DNA of 64,000 nt, taken from Octopus sinensis (Eukaryota). The DNA lies in contig NC_043013.1 of NCBI RefSeq assembly GCF_006345805.1, forward strand, positions 19,344,001 through 19,408,000, given 5' to 3'. Every line of letters begins with the position of its first letter. Positions within the stretch are counted from its first letter, which is position 1. Positions 1-13,599 of this stretch are shown one piece after another. The translations under genes were made by a program, and so were the position numbers. The notes below the pieces were generated by a model. The model was given only the letters and a program-made list of their open reading frames with translations, made no database searches and was not told the DNA's origin.

Positions 1-1082
1 AGAATTGGCTTAGTGGTAGTGGCGGCGGCGGCGGTGGTGGTGGTGATAGTGGTAGTAGATAGAACAGCAACGGTAGGACGAGGGGTGATAGATTATGCTT
101 ATTTAAGGGCCAGTTTTGTCCTAATTTTGATAAGATCTCTACAGTAGTTCAGGGCGTTGCCGTCGTTGTATTCACTCTCTGTCTCACTCTTTCTCCCCAC
201 CCCCAGCCCCCCACTCTCTCTCACCTTAGTTGTTTGCACGAATTACGAAGGTTAAATTAATCCCTCGCACAATCGACTGAGATCACACGTAACGTTGTTG
301 TAGACATGTAGATACTGGAATCTTAAACTTCTTTTATTATAACTATATTGTATTATATCATATCATATTGGCAGAAATATAAAAATACATCTGATTGAAA
401 CCAGCTATTCCGTAAGAGGGTGGGTCGCATACATACATGCATACACACATACATAGCGGGAGTTAACTCGTAACAAGTAAGAACAACTAAACTCAAGGAG
501 TCCGCGCAAATGTTTTGAGAGCTCAAAAAGGTCCTGTAAGCGAATTTGCTCTGAGTGGTTAAAATATTGTTCTGCAATGACCCCATTTTTCAGCGCAATC
601 AGCTATAAAACCAGTTGCGTAAAATAAAATGTGACAACTAGAAACCAACTGCAATTTAGGTTTTTTTTTTAAATATGAGTTTGCCATCTAGAAGTTCTAA
701 CGGGACTAGGGCTCCTTCATTCCCATTGGTCCAAATGGTGGTTGTTGTATTAATGGGTCCCTAACAGAGCCTACTAACCTAGGTCAAAGTAAATCTGAGA
801 ACAACCGTGGCGAAAAGGTGGTTTCACACTCTACAAAACCTAAGGACCACCAATGCCAGGGCCCTATTACCGGATGCAGTTTAAAGTTATATATGCATAT
901 ATAATACATATATACGTGCGTACGTATGTATGCATGCATGTATATATGGTTCAAATGTACAGAAAGCAAAGGACAAAAACAAGTGAGGGAACAAACAGGT
1001 GTATTAGTTTGATGCTTGGGAAGAATGGAAAAGTCTTTCACGTTTCGAGCCTATGCTGCTCTTCGACATAAAGAGATGATAA

Positions 1083-1086
<4 letters not shown>

Positions 1087-1167
<81 letters not shown>
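1087..1167. repeat. (GA)n microsatellite
   Basis: Uninterrupted GA run. Confidence 0.95.
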
Positions 1168-1172
<5 letters not shown>

Positions 1173-1965
1173 GATAAAGAAAAATATGCTGGGATTAACG
1201 TTTTAACACGGTGAATATATATCTATACATATATGCAATAAATATATGGACATTGTTGTCAAAATAGTAGTTGGGATCTTGCGATAGAGCTTCTCAAAGT
1301 GTCCGTGTGGTTTAAGAAATTGAAATATTCTGGAAACAATATAAATTATTTTTACAGATATCAAAATGAATAACCGCCGGATTCTCCATACTTTGAAATC
1401 AAAACCTTCATGCATTACGTACACCATCACCAGTGACAATAGTGATTATATAAGTATACATACCTAAATGGCTGTAAGCACGGTGTAATATATTTCTTCT
1501 AAAAGAAACGAAATGCAATAGAAGAAACAGAACGATCCAAACTAAGGGAAATAAATCATCAAATTTGTCGGGGGAATAAATGGAGGTCAATTAAATTACC
1601 ATTAAGCGATTTAATTCGTTTATCGTTTGTAAAGTTCCTTTCTCGTTCATCAGTATTGATGCTTTTATGAATTATAACCTCATTTCTATGATCAGTAGTT
1701 ACAGTCTTCTACAAAAGTGTGGCGATAAATATATCCCATATTTCATCTTGCGGCAATAAATATACAACCACTATCATCCAGGTTTCCTTCAGAAAATGAA
1801 AGTGACGTCTCGAAATATTAATGGACTTTGGAACGTTTTTGATCAACTCTAGATATGAAGGATGGATAAGGAGATTAAAATCATATCGCACACAGGTGTG
1901 TCTGTAATAATAAAACAAAAATAGTGAAAGACAGACAGACAGACAGGCAGATACACACACACACA

Positions 1966-1999
<34 letters not shown>

Positions 2000-2289
2000 A
2001 ACACACACACACAAAGATATTCAGGCTTTTGTTTTCTGACGCAGTGAGGAGATAGGGCAGATTCTGGGACATTTTCTACGGTCTCACATTTTGATGGAAA
2101 ATAGGGACAAGTCATAATTAGACAGTGAACATTGTTAAAGGTTCCCGAAGAGCCAGACCGTAGTAGTTATGATATGAGAGGGCGGTGGTACTGGTTTTTT
2201 AATAGTGTTGGTTTTGATTTTGGTGGAAGTAAAGGAAAAGACGGATCAGTCAATACTTATATGTGTGTATGTATCGTTGTAACTATGTA

Positions 2290-2590
2290 TGCATGCCTGT
2301 CCGTACGTATGTATATTTGTGTGTGAGTGTATGTGTGTTTGTGTGTCTGTGTGTGTGTGTGTGTGCGTGTCTTTGTGGCTGTGTTTATCCTCACCACTGC
2401 TTGACAATCGGCCGGTGTTGGTGTGGTCGGTGTGTTTACTGTGCTTACATCCTCACAACTTGGTGGTTCGGTAAAATAGACCGATAAAATTAAGTAACGG
2501 GCTGAAAAAAACAATAAGGCCCAGTCTTCTTCAAGACTGTGCCTCAGCATAGCCGCAATCTAATGACTGGAACAAGTAAAAGATAAAAGA
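2290..2590 (+). mobile_element. SINE family C, 3' half
   Basis: (TG)n followed by cttgacaa..ggtgttgg..gttcggtaaaatagaccgata..aacaagtaaaagataaaaga; aligns by eye with the 3' half of 21419-21910. Confidence 0.7.
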
Positions 2591-2599
2591 TCGTGCTAA

Positions 2600-3560
2600 G
2601 AAATTAGACATTAAAACACCAAGGGAAATAAAAGGTAACACCACACTTTATCTAAAAACACTACTGCATATATCAACTGACAACCCTAGAAACAATGAGG
2701 CATCAACACTATTGCAGAAAATCTGTTTATGCGCACAAGAGATCCAAAAGTGTACAACATTCTGAAAACACATAAATTCATCAAATGCAAAAAGCAATAC
2801 AAATCGCTAAAAATACTTCTAACAAATGCGAAGCTTTAAACAACATCCATAAAATCAACGGTTAAAAATTGTGGACGCTCGAACTGTGGAATATGCCCCA
2901 ACCGACTGGAACGCTCGGAATTCCTATTCAAACAAGGAGAGAAGTTGACAATTAAAACCAACTTCACTTGTGCTTCCGAGAATCTAATTTATGTTATAAC
3001 TTGCTCAGGTTGTGGACAAAACTATATAGGACAACAAGTATGATGGAGAACCACACTACAAAAGGAACACATCTGGTTCCAGCAATATAAACAGATTTCT
3101 TTGAGTGCGCACATACAGAGATGCACAGGTAATATCCAACCAAACTTCACAGTTTTCCCCATCTACCAGTGCAGAGAAGCGATTTCTATACAAGAACGTT
3201 TAAATAAAGAAAATTTGTTCATCAAAAAATACAGAACACGTCTAAATATGAACGCATAAAGAACTTTGATATCAGTATATGTTTTATTCATGATTACATA
3301 CCCGTCACTGTACATATTTCTCCTCACTGCTTTAGCTTTTGAAGTGTGTGTATATTTATCCCCTCCCCTGCGGATGAACGATTACCGCCATTATACCCAA
3401 TACTTACTTCCCCTTAGATTTTTCTACTTGTTGAATTATTCACTTATAAACTTCTCCACACACAACATGGACTAAAATTTTCTTAAGAAAATACTAAATT
3501 ACAATAATATAATGTCATGAATAGTGAAATGGAAACCGGTCGACAAACAATATGAAATAT
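2600..3560 (+). mobile_element. Penelope-like element relic 1 (GIY-YIG endonuclease C-terminus plus 3' pLTR-like region)
   Basis: From 2864 it reads KNCGRSNCGICPN..FTCASENLIYVITCSGCGQNYIGQ. After a stop and frameshift it reads HIQRCTGN..FTVFPIYQC..ERLNKENLFIKKYRTRLNMNA* (stop ~3258). This is the Cys motif plus NLIY..YIG signature of PLE endonucleases. Confidence 0.85.
3513..3545 (+). ncRNA. Decayed minimal hammerhead ribozyme relic
   Basis: TGTC-ATGAATA-GTGAAATG-GAAAC-CG-GTC-GACA. Stem I TGTC/GACA and palindromic ACCGGT stem III are present, but the CUGAnGA core is mutated. Confidence 0.35.
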
Positions 3561-3617
3561 ATCAAAAATTATATTAAAACTATGTAAAATGTGCGCATGT
3601 ATGTATATGTATTTATG

Positions 3618-3670
<53 letters not shown>

Positions 3671-3902
3671 TATATAATATTATATATATATATATATATG
3701 GTTTGTATGTGTGTGTGTTGTTTTATAATGTGCATGCCACAGTATAAAACAGGGCGTTGGCTAACAGCAATGTCAGGTTTGGTGAATAAATGAGTCAAAT
3801 ATTGGAACGTCTCTCAAGAGGATACAACTCGCATGGTGGTCAGGGTTAGAAGAGATAATAACTTGTTATATCTATTATAGGTTTATTTATTTTTCTCTCT
3901 AT

Positions 3903-3938
<36 letters not shown>

Positions 3939-4390
3939 ATTTGTTCTTTCTGGTTAGGTTTGCTTTCTTTCGTTTTACTTTTTGCTAATAAACAAACTAA
4001 AGTTGTAATTTAATTAGTTGTCAAATGAGGGAATTGTTCAGCTAACAACAACAACAACAACAACAACAGCAACAACAACAACAACAACAACAGCAGCAAC
4101 AACAAACAACAACAGCAATTACTGCAATAACAACAATAAGAAAAACTCTAAGTGCTTTAGATAAGACATTTGTATACCGCGTAAAAATGTCAAATCTTGT
4201 GTCTACCTGTAACAATCAGTGTGTGTGTCTGTGTGCACGCGCGTGCGTGTATTTGTGCGTGCGTGTGTGATATGCGTGTTTGTGTATAATTATATATGCA
4301 AGTGTATGCGTGTGTGTGTATTTATTTATCTAATATATACATTTATATTATATTATATATATACACTTTCCTTTTCCTCTCTGTCTCTAT

Positions 4391-4445
<55 letters not shown>

Positions 4446-4581
4446 GTATGTATGTAGTTGTATGTATGTATGTATGTATTTATGCATGTATGTGTTTGTG
4501 TGTATCTATACTTATATCTATATCGATAGCTGTATCCAGTGTATGTATGTATGTTTGCATGACGTACGTACGTATGCATGC

Positions 4582-4657
<76 letters not shown>

Positions 4658-4769
4658 GTCTGTATGTATGTCAGTCTCTCTGTCTGTCTATCTATCTTTC
4701 CCACAGATTTTTTCCACACTCCTTCAGTAGTGAACATGGATATCAAACAACATTCCGCATAGAGACATA

Positions 4770-5815
4770 GTGCAGCTCACGGACGATATATCTACCATGG
4801 AAGACGTAAATCTGGAATTACATAAACTAAGATCAGGTAAAGCTTCTGGATTGTATGGTTTTCCAGTTGAGTTTCTGAAAGCAGGAGGGGGGTCCTATTT
4901 CATCTGAAATTCATTGCCTGATATTTCGTGTTTGGAATTTCTATTTACAAGGGTAAAAGCCCAAAATTAGAGTGTGGTAATTCAAGAGGGAAAACTCTCC
5001 TGGCACATAATGGGAAAATACTTTCATCAATCATGTTAGATCGTCTCGTTGAAAATAAGTGGTTCCAGACCTGAGCGAGGAACAATGGACATAATATTTT
5101 TTGCAAGACAGGCACAAGAGAAATACTCAGAGGAACAAATGCCGCAATACCAGGTATTCATAGATTTGACTAAAGCGTCTTACACGGTAAACTGGGAGGC
5201 GCTGTGGATGGTTGTGTGTAATCTTAGTTGTCCAACACATTATGTGAGCATCTTTAAGGAACTACACGGAAACACGAAAGTTTTTAATGGTGAGCTATCT
5301 TACGAATTTTCTGCGGACAGTGGTGTCAAACAGGGAGCTTTTCCCACCCCCTAAACCTTCCTCTATTCATTTTGCGTCATTGCTTTTGTATGCTTTCAAG
5401 GATTGTAACAGGGGAATCGGAATCAAATTTCGGACATCTGGTCATATTTTCAATTTGGCCCGGTTTACTTGCACAGCAATGACTTTCAAAACACTTTACT
5501 CTGATGATGCCGATTTGATGGCACATTCAGAGGAGGATCTGCAATATATAGTGGACAGACTTTCCACTGAATGCATGTATTTTGGATTGATTCACAATTA
5601 GTCTTCGAAAATCCAAAAAAATGTTTACTACCGTGCCAGGGCAACCGTATTCTGAACCAAACATTTTTGTGACTGGAACAAGGTTAGAAGTCATTGACTC
5701 TTTTGTTTATCTTGGAAGCACACTGTCAAGAGATGGTTGTTTTGATGCAGAGATATACCATCGAATAGGGAATGGGAATTGTTGCATTTGGAAAGTTCGA
5801 AAAGCGAGTATGGGC
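4770..5815 (+). mobile_element. RTE (BovB-like) LINE reverse transcriptase fragment, frameshifted
   Basis: LRSGKASG; SGSRPERGTMDIIF..RQAQEK..FIDLTKA; SGVKQG; LYSDDADLMAHSEEDLQ; FVYLGSTLS are successive RT motifs. Confidence 0.9.
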
Positions 5816-6037
5816 AGATATAGGTATATCAAGTGCCTATAAGTATATATGTGTTTGCGGGTGCGCGTGTGCGCGTGCATACAGATATATAGATGCATAA
5901 AAATAGTTAACTAATATATATGAATATACATATATATATACTTATATATGTGTATATATATGTGTGCATATGCTTATATGTATATGTATATATATATGTG
6001 TGTGTATATATACGTATATGTATATATGCATAGTGAA

Positions 6038-6367
6038 GGCGCGTGGCTCAGTGGTTAGAGCATCGAGCTTACGATCGTGAGGTTGTGAGCTCGAATCCCG
6101 GAGCGGGCTGCGTGTTGTGTTCTTGAGCAAGACACTTTATTTCACGTTGCTCCAGTTCACTCAGCTGTAGAAATGAGTTGCGACGTCACAGGTGCCAAGC
6201 TGTATCGGCCCTTGCCTTTCCCTTGGACAACATCGGTGACGTGGAGAGGGGAGGCCGGTATGCATGGGCGACTGCTGGTCTTCCATAAAACAACCTTGCC
6301 CAGACTTGTGCCTCAGAGGGTAACTCTCTAGGTGCAAACCCATGGTCAGTGTCTGACCGAAGGGGGA
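6038..6367 (+). mobile_element. tRNA-derived SINE family A, full length
   Basis: A-box TGGCTCAGTGG and B-box-like GCTCGAATCCC; reverse-complement copies at 13600, 47361 and 52495. Confidence 0.9.
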
Positions 6368-6728
6368 CACTACCACTACCACTATATATGCATATATATA
6401 TATATATATATAAATATATATATCAGCTGAATAAAGATACATTTTCAGGTATTTACGCTTTTATTGTTGCATTTATAAAATTATTTTTACAATGTTGAGG
6501 ACTGCTAAACATTGAAACTCTCAGTTAATACATTTTGAAATCTGATGATTACTACGAACGTACGAAAGCACAAATTGAACTTTACTAAATATTTTTTCAA
6601 TATTTAACACTCTTCATCATTGTAAATTTAAAAAAAAAAATACAATGATAAAAAAATGTGAAATCTAGACCATGCTCTAACTTTTTTGAACTGATACATT
6701 ATTCTATAAACATTTACACTAATTCGGA

Positions 6729-6759
<31 letters not shown>

Positions 6760-7134
6760 CATAAATATATGTATATATATGTATATATATGTATGCATAA
6801 ATATATGTATATATATACACACATATACATACATATATATATACTTATATATGTGTATATATATGTGTGCATATGCTTATATGTATATATATATATATGT
6901 ATATATATAATATAAATAATATATAAATGTATACGCATACACACATATATATATTCTATATACACATGCATACACAGGCACAGGACGCCACAGAACTTAA
7001 ACAACATGTAGTACGAGAACATGGAATACGATCTTTTTTTGCGAACTACGAAAGAAACAAATGGAAAACAAGACAAGCAACATAAAAAACGACACTTTGT
7101 CAATGGTCGGCTGTTTTTCTACTTCATATATATA

Positions 7135-7178
<44 letters not shown>

Positions 7179-7181
<3 letters not shown>

Positions 7182-8074
7182 AGGCGGTACCCAAGAGTAA
7201 GCAGGAAAGGACTCTGTGGGACATGGACGCTGTAATTCAGTCTTCCGCTGCTACAAATCACTTGATGCGACCCTCAGGCATCAGTGTGCCGACTGCAGTC
7301 GTACTGTCAAGTTGTGCGACTTCCTTTTGCAGCGTTTCTCCCCTGTTCGGCGACTTTTGCGATGGCTGAGAAGAAGGAACATCGTGCTTCCATGAAATTC
7401 TGTTTTCTACTGGGGAAAACTGCCGCGGAATCAGTTGTTATGCCTGAAACAGTTTACACGGACGCTGCCATGAGCAAAACGCAAGTTTACGAGTGACTTC
7501 CACGCTTTAGGGATGGTCACTTGTCGTTTGAAGACCAGCCTCGTTCAGGACGACTGTTGACCTCCCCAAACGAATTAAAACATCATGAAAATTCATGAAC
7601 AGATCTTGAAGGACAGTTACCAAACAATGGACAAACTTGTTGATATGACTGGTGTGTTCTGGAGCTCCTGCTAACGAATTTTGAGCGAGAAATTGCGAAT
7701 GAAAATGTTTTGCAGCAACATTTGTGCATCGCTTGTTCACGGAAGATCAAAAGCAGTCACGATTGAATGCGTGTCGTGAACTGAAAGAATAGTTGGAAGT
7801 TAATCAGGACATTTTTTTCAAAGGGCATCACTGGAACGAAAAAAGGTGCTACGGAATTTGCAGATGTGAAAGAGGTGAAGTATAAAACGATAGAGATGTT
7901 AAAAGGCATCACTTTGCAAGAGTTCCAGTATTGCTTCGAATAGTGGAAAATGAGCTTGGACCGATGCATCGCTTCAAATGGAGAATACTTTGAAGAAGAT
8001 AAAAATATAAATATGTAAAACTTAGTGAATAAAATAATATTGCAAAATTCCAGTTTCTTTTGGTGTCCTCTCGT
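7179..8074 (+). mobile_element. Internally deleted mariner transposon
   Basis: MAEKKEHRASMKFCFLLGKTAAE..MSKTQVYE..EDQPRSGR (HTH region) joined to a C-terminal ..DRCIASNGEYFE. The catalytic core is missing. Degenerate TIRs at both ends. Confidence 0.85.
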
Positions 8075-8090
8075 TTACACACACACACAC

Positions 8091-8126
<36 letters not shown>

Positions 8127-9249
8127 ACAGACACACACATATATATGTATGTATATACATATATACATTAAGCGCACATACACACATACACACATATAAT
8201 ATTCCACACGTTTCATAATGTCATTCTAGATCCTCCAATTGTTTCCACGGCTAAAATATAAACAGTGTCACCGTATGATAAGATAATTACGTTATTATAA
8301 TAGAATTTTTAATTTCTGATGAAAAGGTTTCCCGATCAGATTAAAATGTAACGTTTTCTTTTAACATTGATAATTATTTTTATATTTTTACCTTTAAAAT
8401 AGTTGTAGTGCTTAAAACGAAATTATGAAATTTTTGTGAATGGTTTTCTTTTTATTATTCTAAAATATTTTGCTGCTAACATTCATTTTAACCAAATTTT
8501 CTTTATGCAAATTCATTGCATTCCCGGTTATTGCATTGAAGTTACAATATCTTGAATTTTAAACATGTTTATAATGGAACTCTCAGATTCAGCACATTAG
8601 ATATAAACACTCAAAAACACACAGATACATTCTCTCTCCCTCACACACATACCACATGCACACACATTGAGTTCTATTCATAATTATTTAAATTCCTCCT
8701 CTAAACAAGGAACTGGTTTCTAACAAAGATATAAAGCTTAATCATTGGAATGTAGATAACAAAAACAAATTCACATCTGAACTTGAGAAAAGTCTTGCAT
8801 GTTTTTACTGTTCCACTTGTATTTGTAATATGCGATTTAGCTGGTTGATTGTTTTTTTATTAATACCCAGCTTAAGCAGGTTGTCACTTAGGTCTTTCCT
8901 TACAAAAACAAGAGCACTAATTACTATTTATATAAAAGGGAATTTATAATCTGGATATAGAAGCTGGATGTTTCGAAACAATTGTCTATATTTATCCTCT
9001 TTCTTTGGCCTCTATGACAATATATACATTTTCTGGTCTATCACAAAAACAATGCTATCCTCCGACGTGTTAGTTCTGCAATTTGTAGAAGTTTTATGGG
9101 AATGCTTCACCAATATTCCTAGTGTTCATGCTTTTGTATCCATTCAATAACCGGAGTTTCTCTATGTTTATCTCATGACAGTTTTTTTTCGAAGAGTATT
9201 GTATATCGTTTTGACGACAACACCGTGTCGCATTGAGAGATAATACCTT

Positions 9250-9250
9250 G

Positions 9251-9281
<31 letters not shown>

Positions 9282-9428
9282 TATGTATGTATGTATGTAT
9301 ATGTATGTATGTATGTATATGTATGTATGTATATGTATGTATGTATATGTATGTATGTATATGTATGTATGTATGTATGTGTGTATGTACGTGTGTGTGT
9401 ATGTATGTATGTATGTATGTATGTATGC
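9250..9428. repeat. (TATG)n-type microsatellite
   Basis: Direct reading. Confidence 0.9.
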
Positions 9429-9508
9429 ATAGATGCACTGCGCCATCCACAGAGGGAAATCCAGTGTAGAAAGGACATGACATAGTGGTTATGAACGATG
9501 GTCTAGAA

Positions 9509-9989
9509 CAGGATTGGTAAATCCCCGCTTGCGGGCGCAGTTGCACATGCGAGCAGCTTTTATTGCGTCCGCAGGCTGATACACTCGTATGTACAAAATA
9601 TAGTAAATTTTTCAATTATAAAATTTATACAATATTCGCATGCCTATTTGCAATATAGGTCGCGTTTCCACTACGACTTAAAACGGTTAGACACGAACAG
9701 AAACTTTTGTTTTCACTGTAACACACAAATTGCTAGGTTTGTACCACTCCTTGAGACCCAACCTAAAACATATAGAACACCCCATAAGTAATATATACAT
9801 CCTAAATTCAGTGGCGGCGTGATGGAAGTGTTACGCGTTAATTTAATGTGTTAAATTTATCTTTATTAATGTATATCGAATAGATATTTACAAGATTTAC
9901 ACAGATATAAGAGTTAGAACTTGTGATCACCGCGGATCTTTTTCTTTGGAAACTTTTACCCGCCGCACTAAAAAGTTTCCCCACCCCTG
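9509..9989. mobile_element. Non-autonomous hAT (Charlie-like) element
   Basis: Ends CAGGATTGGTAAATC and AGTTTCCCCACCCCTG. Perfect 8-bp TSD GTCTAGAA at 9501-9508 and 9990-9997 matches the NTCTAGAN Charlie target. Confidence 0.85.
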
Positions 9990-10769
9990 GTCTAGAATGA
10001 TGTACTGAGCGTTGTTGACAAGAGAAGGGCAAACGAATGAGACAGAGAAGCTGAGTGGATTGGGAGTGGTATTTAATGAACCAGGTCTAAAGAGCCGTGG
10101 CAATTCTATTAGCGGCACCCTGGTGTGCGATAGCATGTCTGTGAACCAGAGATTGGTGAGAATGTTGGTTAGCAACTTCATAGAGATCTGTCTGGAGAAC
10201 ATTTTGGGATGTGATTTACAACGTAATAAAATGGTGCAGTATTGTGGGAGCAAATGTCTCGAATTTGTGCGTAAATATTCCTCCTAATTATAGCTGAAGA
10301 AGTGGCAGAGTGATTGAACGAATTATCGTTAAGTTAACTATATTTTCCATGAGAATTTTTGAAGTTTACAGTTTGTGGGAGAGTGCTTGGGTATTAGAAT
10401 TAGGAAAAAAAAGGCAATATTTAGGTTTACATTTAAACTAAATTATGGATTATGACACATAATCTCCCATTTTTCGGTTTTTCTAATGTTAATTGTAGTT
10501 TTCTCTATCAAGGTGTATAATGTATTTTTTGCGAAACCAATTCTGCATAATATTCATTATAATATTATAATATTCCCTGCCACTGTTGAAAGTTTACTTA
10601 TCAGAAGATATGCTACAAATCGTCGTACCGATATTACTAGAAAGCTCTTTATGATAGCAGCTGCGGGTATAACATTTTTGGATATAGTGTAAGGTCGACG
10701 TATGTTTAATTAACTTAATTTTATCAAGCAAAATAAGCAATGATAGGTTTGGTAGATCACTGTTTGACG

Positions 10770-11110
10770 TTCCGTTTCAAACCGGGAACGAAATTGGTGG
10801 TTTATTTTCTAATGTAGTCCTAAAGGGAGTCTTGACTGAGAGCTTGTCTGAAGGCTTGTCTGAGCCATGCGCAATATCGCGAATCGTATGAACGTTTGAA
10901 ATTGAACTCAAAAGCCATCGAAGACGATTCAAAATCTGGGCGGCCTTTCACGACAAGTAACGATGGTAGCATAAGCAAAGAGCGAGCTGTAATCCATAAA
11001 AAATCGCCCCTTGTCGGTTCGTTAATTTTCCAAAACAAGAGGCATCCGTAAAATTTCGTGCCACATGATTTTAAAAGAAAAACTGAGTTTGCATAGAGTG
11101 AAAGTTGCAT
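10770..11110 (+). mobile_element. Mariner transposase N-terminal fragment
   Basis: ..YERLKLNSKAIEDDSKSGRPFTT.. then SCHMILKEKLSLHRV after a frameshift. Confidence 0.7.
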
Positions 11111-11404
11111 AGAGTTAATACAGAATTTATGAAGCAGAAAAAGAGCATATTGTCACTGTTAGTGAGGTGGTGTTTTGATCATTCGAATGATGAAGAAACG
11201 TTGCTGTACTGCTAAGATGTTTAAATAAAAAAAAGAATTATACTCTAAACCATGTATAGAGTACTTTTCCTCTTGCTGGGTGTAAACATATATACATATG
11301 TGTGTATGTGTGTGTGAGAGTGTATGATTGATTGATTGATTCCAGTTTCAGCTCATGAGCTGTGGCCATGCTGGGGCACCGCCATTTGGTGTGTATTTGT
11401 GTAT

Positions 11405-12148
11405 AAGTGTATAAAATTCAGAGAACACCTTGACTCAGTCTGTCTTACTGCAAGAAAGTACAGCGGGTGGATCTTGCGCACCTTCAAATCAAGAGATACC
11501 TCAACAAAGAAACCCTCTGGAACAGTATGATACTTCCGAGGATTGTACTGTTCTCAGTTGTGGTCACCAACAACAAAGGGCAACTATCTAAGATAGAATC
11601 GCTCCAAAGAAATTTTACCTCATACTTCTCAGAAACGAGGGACCTGGACTATTGGCAAAGACTCAAACCTGAGGATGTACTCAATAGAAAGAAGATTTGA
11701 GCGATACGAATTATATACATTTGGAAAATGATAGAGCAGAAGGTGCCAAACTTTGTATCAAAACCTACCACTCACTGCGCCACGGAAGACGCTGCCAGCT
11801 GCCACCAATCAACAAAAAGGCTGGCCAGGCAGCAAAAACCCTGCGAGAATCAAGTCTGTGGTTCGAGGAGCACAATGTTCACTCCATTCCGGTACATGTC
11901 AGAAATCTATCAGGATGCAGTGTGGAATCATTCAAATTGCAACTGGATAGATACTTAAGCACCATTAGAGATGAACCCCATCTCCCAGGATATACACAAC
12001 GAGCACAAACTGACTCAAACTCGCTCCTACACATGTCAAATTTAAGCAGAGAATACAACCTGGGCAACCACACCAGACTCTGAGGGTGGAGTCTTCGACT
12101 TGGCCTGAGCATGGACTCAAACCCAAATGAAATGAAATGAAATGAAAG
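11405..12148 (+). mobile_element. CR1-like LINE 3' fragment with (AAATG)n tail
   Basis: SGWILRTFKSRD, IESLQRNFT..DYWQRLK, IIYIWKMIE..VPN and SVESFKLQLDRYLSTIRDEP, ending in aaatg repeats. Confidence 0.8.
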
Positions 12149-12473
12149 GCTTCCATGGCTTCTGATCTTAACTGATTGGAAGTGCTATCATGTACATTTC
12201 TTTGTATTGGTATATAAGAAGTGTGTGTAGGTAAGCATGAACGTATCGTCGCAACAACATTTCGAGATACCGCCCATTCGGCCAACCACATACTCTTTCG
12301 TTACAGCAAGAAATAACATAAAATGTGACAACTTAAGACATGAATTATGTGTTCCGAGTGGCGATAGCAGAAATATTTCAAGTAGCTATCCCGACAACAA
12401 CAACAAATAAACAAACAAACAAACAAACAAGTACATCAACAACTACAGAGCAATATCATCCTCACAAACAACA

Positions 12474-12850
12474 GGAGGCGCAATGGCCCAATTGTTAGGG
12501 CAGCGGACTCGCGGTCGGAGGATCGCGGTTTCGATTTCCAGACCGGGCGTTGTGTGTGTTTATTGAGCGAAAACACCTAAAGTTCCACGAGGCTCCGGCA
12601 GGAGGTTTTGGCGACCCCTGTTGTACTCTTTCGCTCCAACTTTCTCTCACTCTTTCTTGTCCCAGACTTCCTACGCAACCGCTGAACCTGGATGCGCATT
12701 CATCCATCCGTCGATGCTCTCGGTGTTGGGGGTTGACTTGCTTTCTCTTCTGCGGGTCTTACGAATGGCAAAGGACCACGAATCGGACTTCTCCCATCTT
12801 GCGAGACCTGGGACGAAGACCGTTCACTCAACAACAAAAACAACTACAAC
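12474..12850 (+). mobile_element. tRNA-derived SINE family B, tail type 1
   Basis: Head GGAGGCGCAATGGCCCA..GGTTTCGAT; near-identical to 23384-23760; CAA-rich tail. Confidence 0.9.
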
Positions 12851-13224
12851 TGCTTGATGAACTTTTGCAATATGAACAATAACATAAAAATGAACGTGAT
12901 ATTTTATCTAATGCAGTAAGCAATTGTCATCGCTATTGTTGTTGTTATTATTTATGTCTTGCCCGAGGTCAGTTCTGAGCGAGTATACTTACAATCAAAC
13001 TTATTCCACCGTGACCAATCCGTCTTTGTTTTCTGGTAACTTTTTTTTCAGACATAGTGTATCTAAGACCACACTATCCATTAATCACATATTTTAAAGA
13101 TGTAACACAAGGGAAACTTTACTGCTATTTCTAGCGCGTCAAGTGATCAAGTGAGTCTTCTTGTTAAAATTGAGAGCAAAGATATTTTTTATTTATAATA
13201 CAAATTCCAATATTCAAATTCTGG

Positions 13225-13422
13225 CACAAGGCCAGCATTTCGAGGGCGGGTGTCAGTTGATTACATCGACCACAGTCTTCAACTGGTACTTGTTTTATCG
13301 ACCACGAAAGAATGAAAGGCAAAGTCTACCGCGGCGGAATTTTTACTCAGAACGTAAAGACGGACGAAACGCCGCCAAGCATTGTGCCCGTCGTGCTAAC
13401 GAGTGTGCCAGCTCGTCGCCCT
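13225..13422 (-). mobile_element. SINE family D
   Basis: Reverse complement of the ggcggcgagctggcagaatcgttagc..gaggtcgactttgcctttcatcc family seen at 35177. Confidence 0.8.
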
Positions 13423-13599
13423 TAACTCAATTGAAATATCAAAACTGTGAGCAATTATAGTTTTGTTTCGTCGTTAAAAATCCAGAAATACGCAAAAAAA
13501 GGAAGTAACTAATAAAGGTTCCAGACAAATTGAATCTAGACCCATTGTCTTGTCGGTATCTAATATACCCATCAAGCTCTGCTAGTAAAAATGTAAAGA

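Noticed and set aside
6038-6110. tRNA genes at SINE heads (also 12474, 21419, 23384, 23826, 35177)
   Set aside because: The A/B boxes run on into long shared non-tRNA bodies, some with TSDs, so these are SINEs.
6542-6590. CTGATGA..CGAAA hammerhead-like motif
   Set aside because: Stem II closes with a U.C mismatch, and I could not form stems I and III.
8300-8350. Short hairpin ttttaat..tctgat/atcaga..ttaaaa containing CTGATGA
   Set aside because: No downstream GAAA, and short AT-rich inverted repeats are expected by chance.
9927-10287. Overlapping 91-aa and 108-aa ORFs
   Set aside because: No motif recognised, and the minus-strand ORF runs into the hAT terminus.
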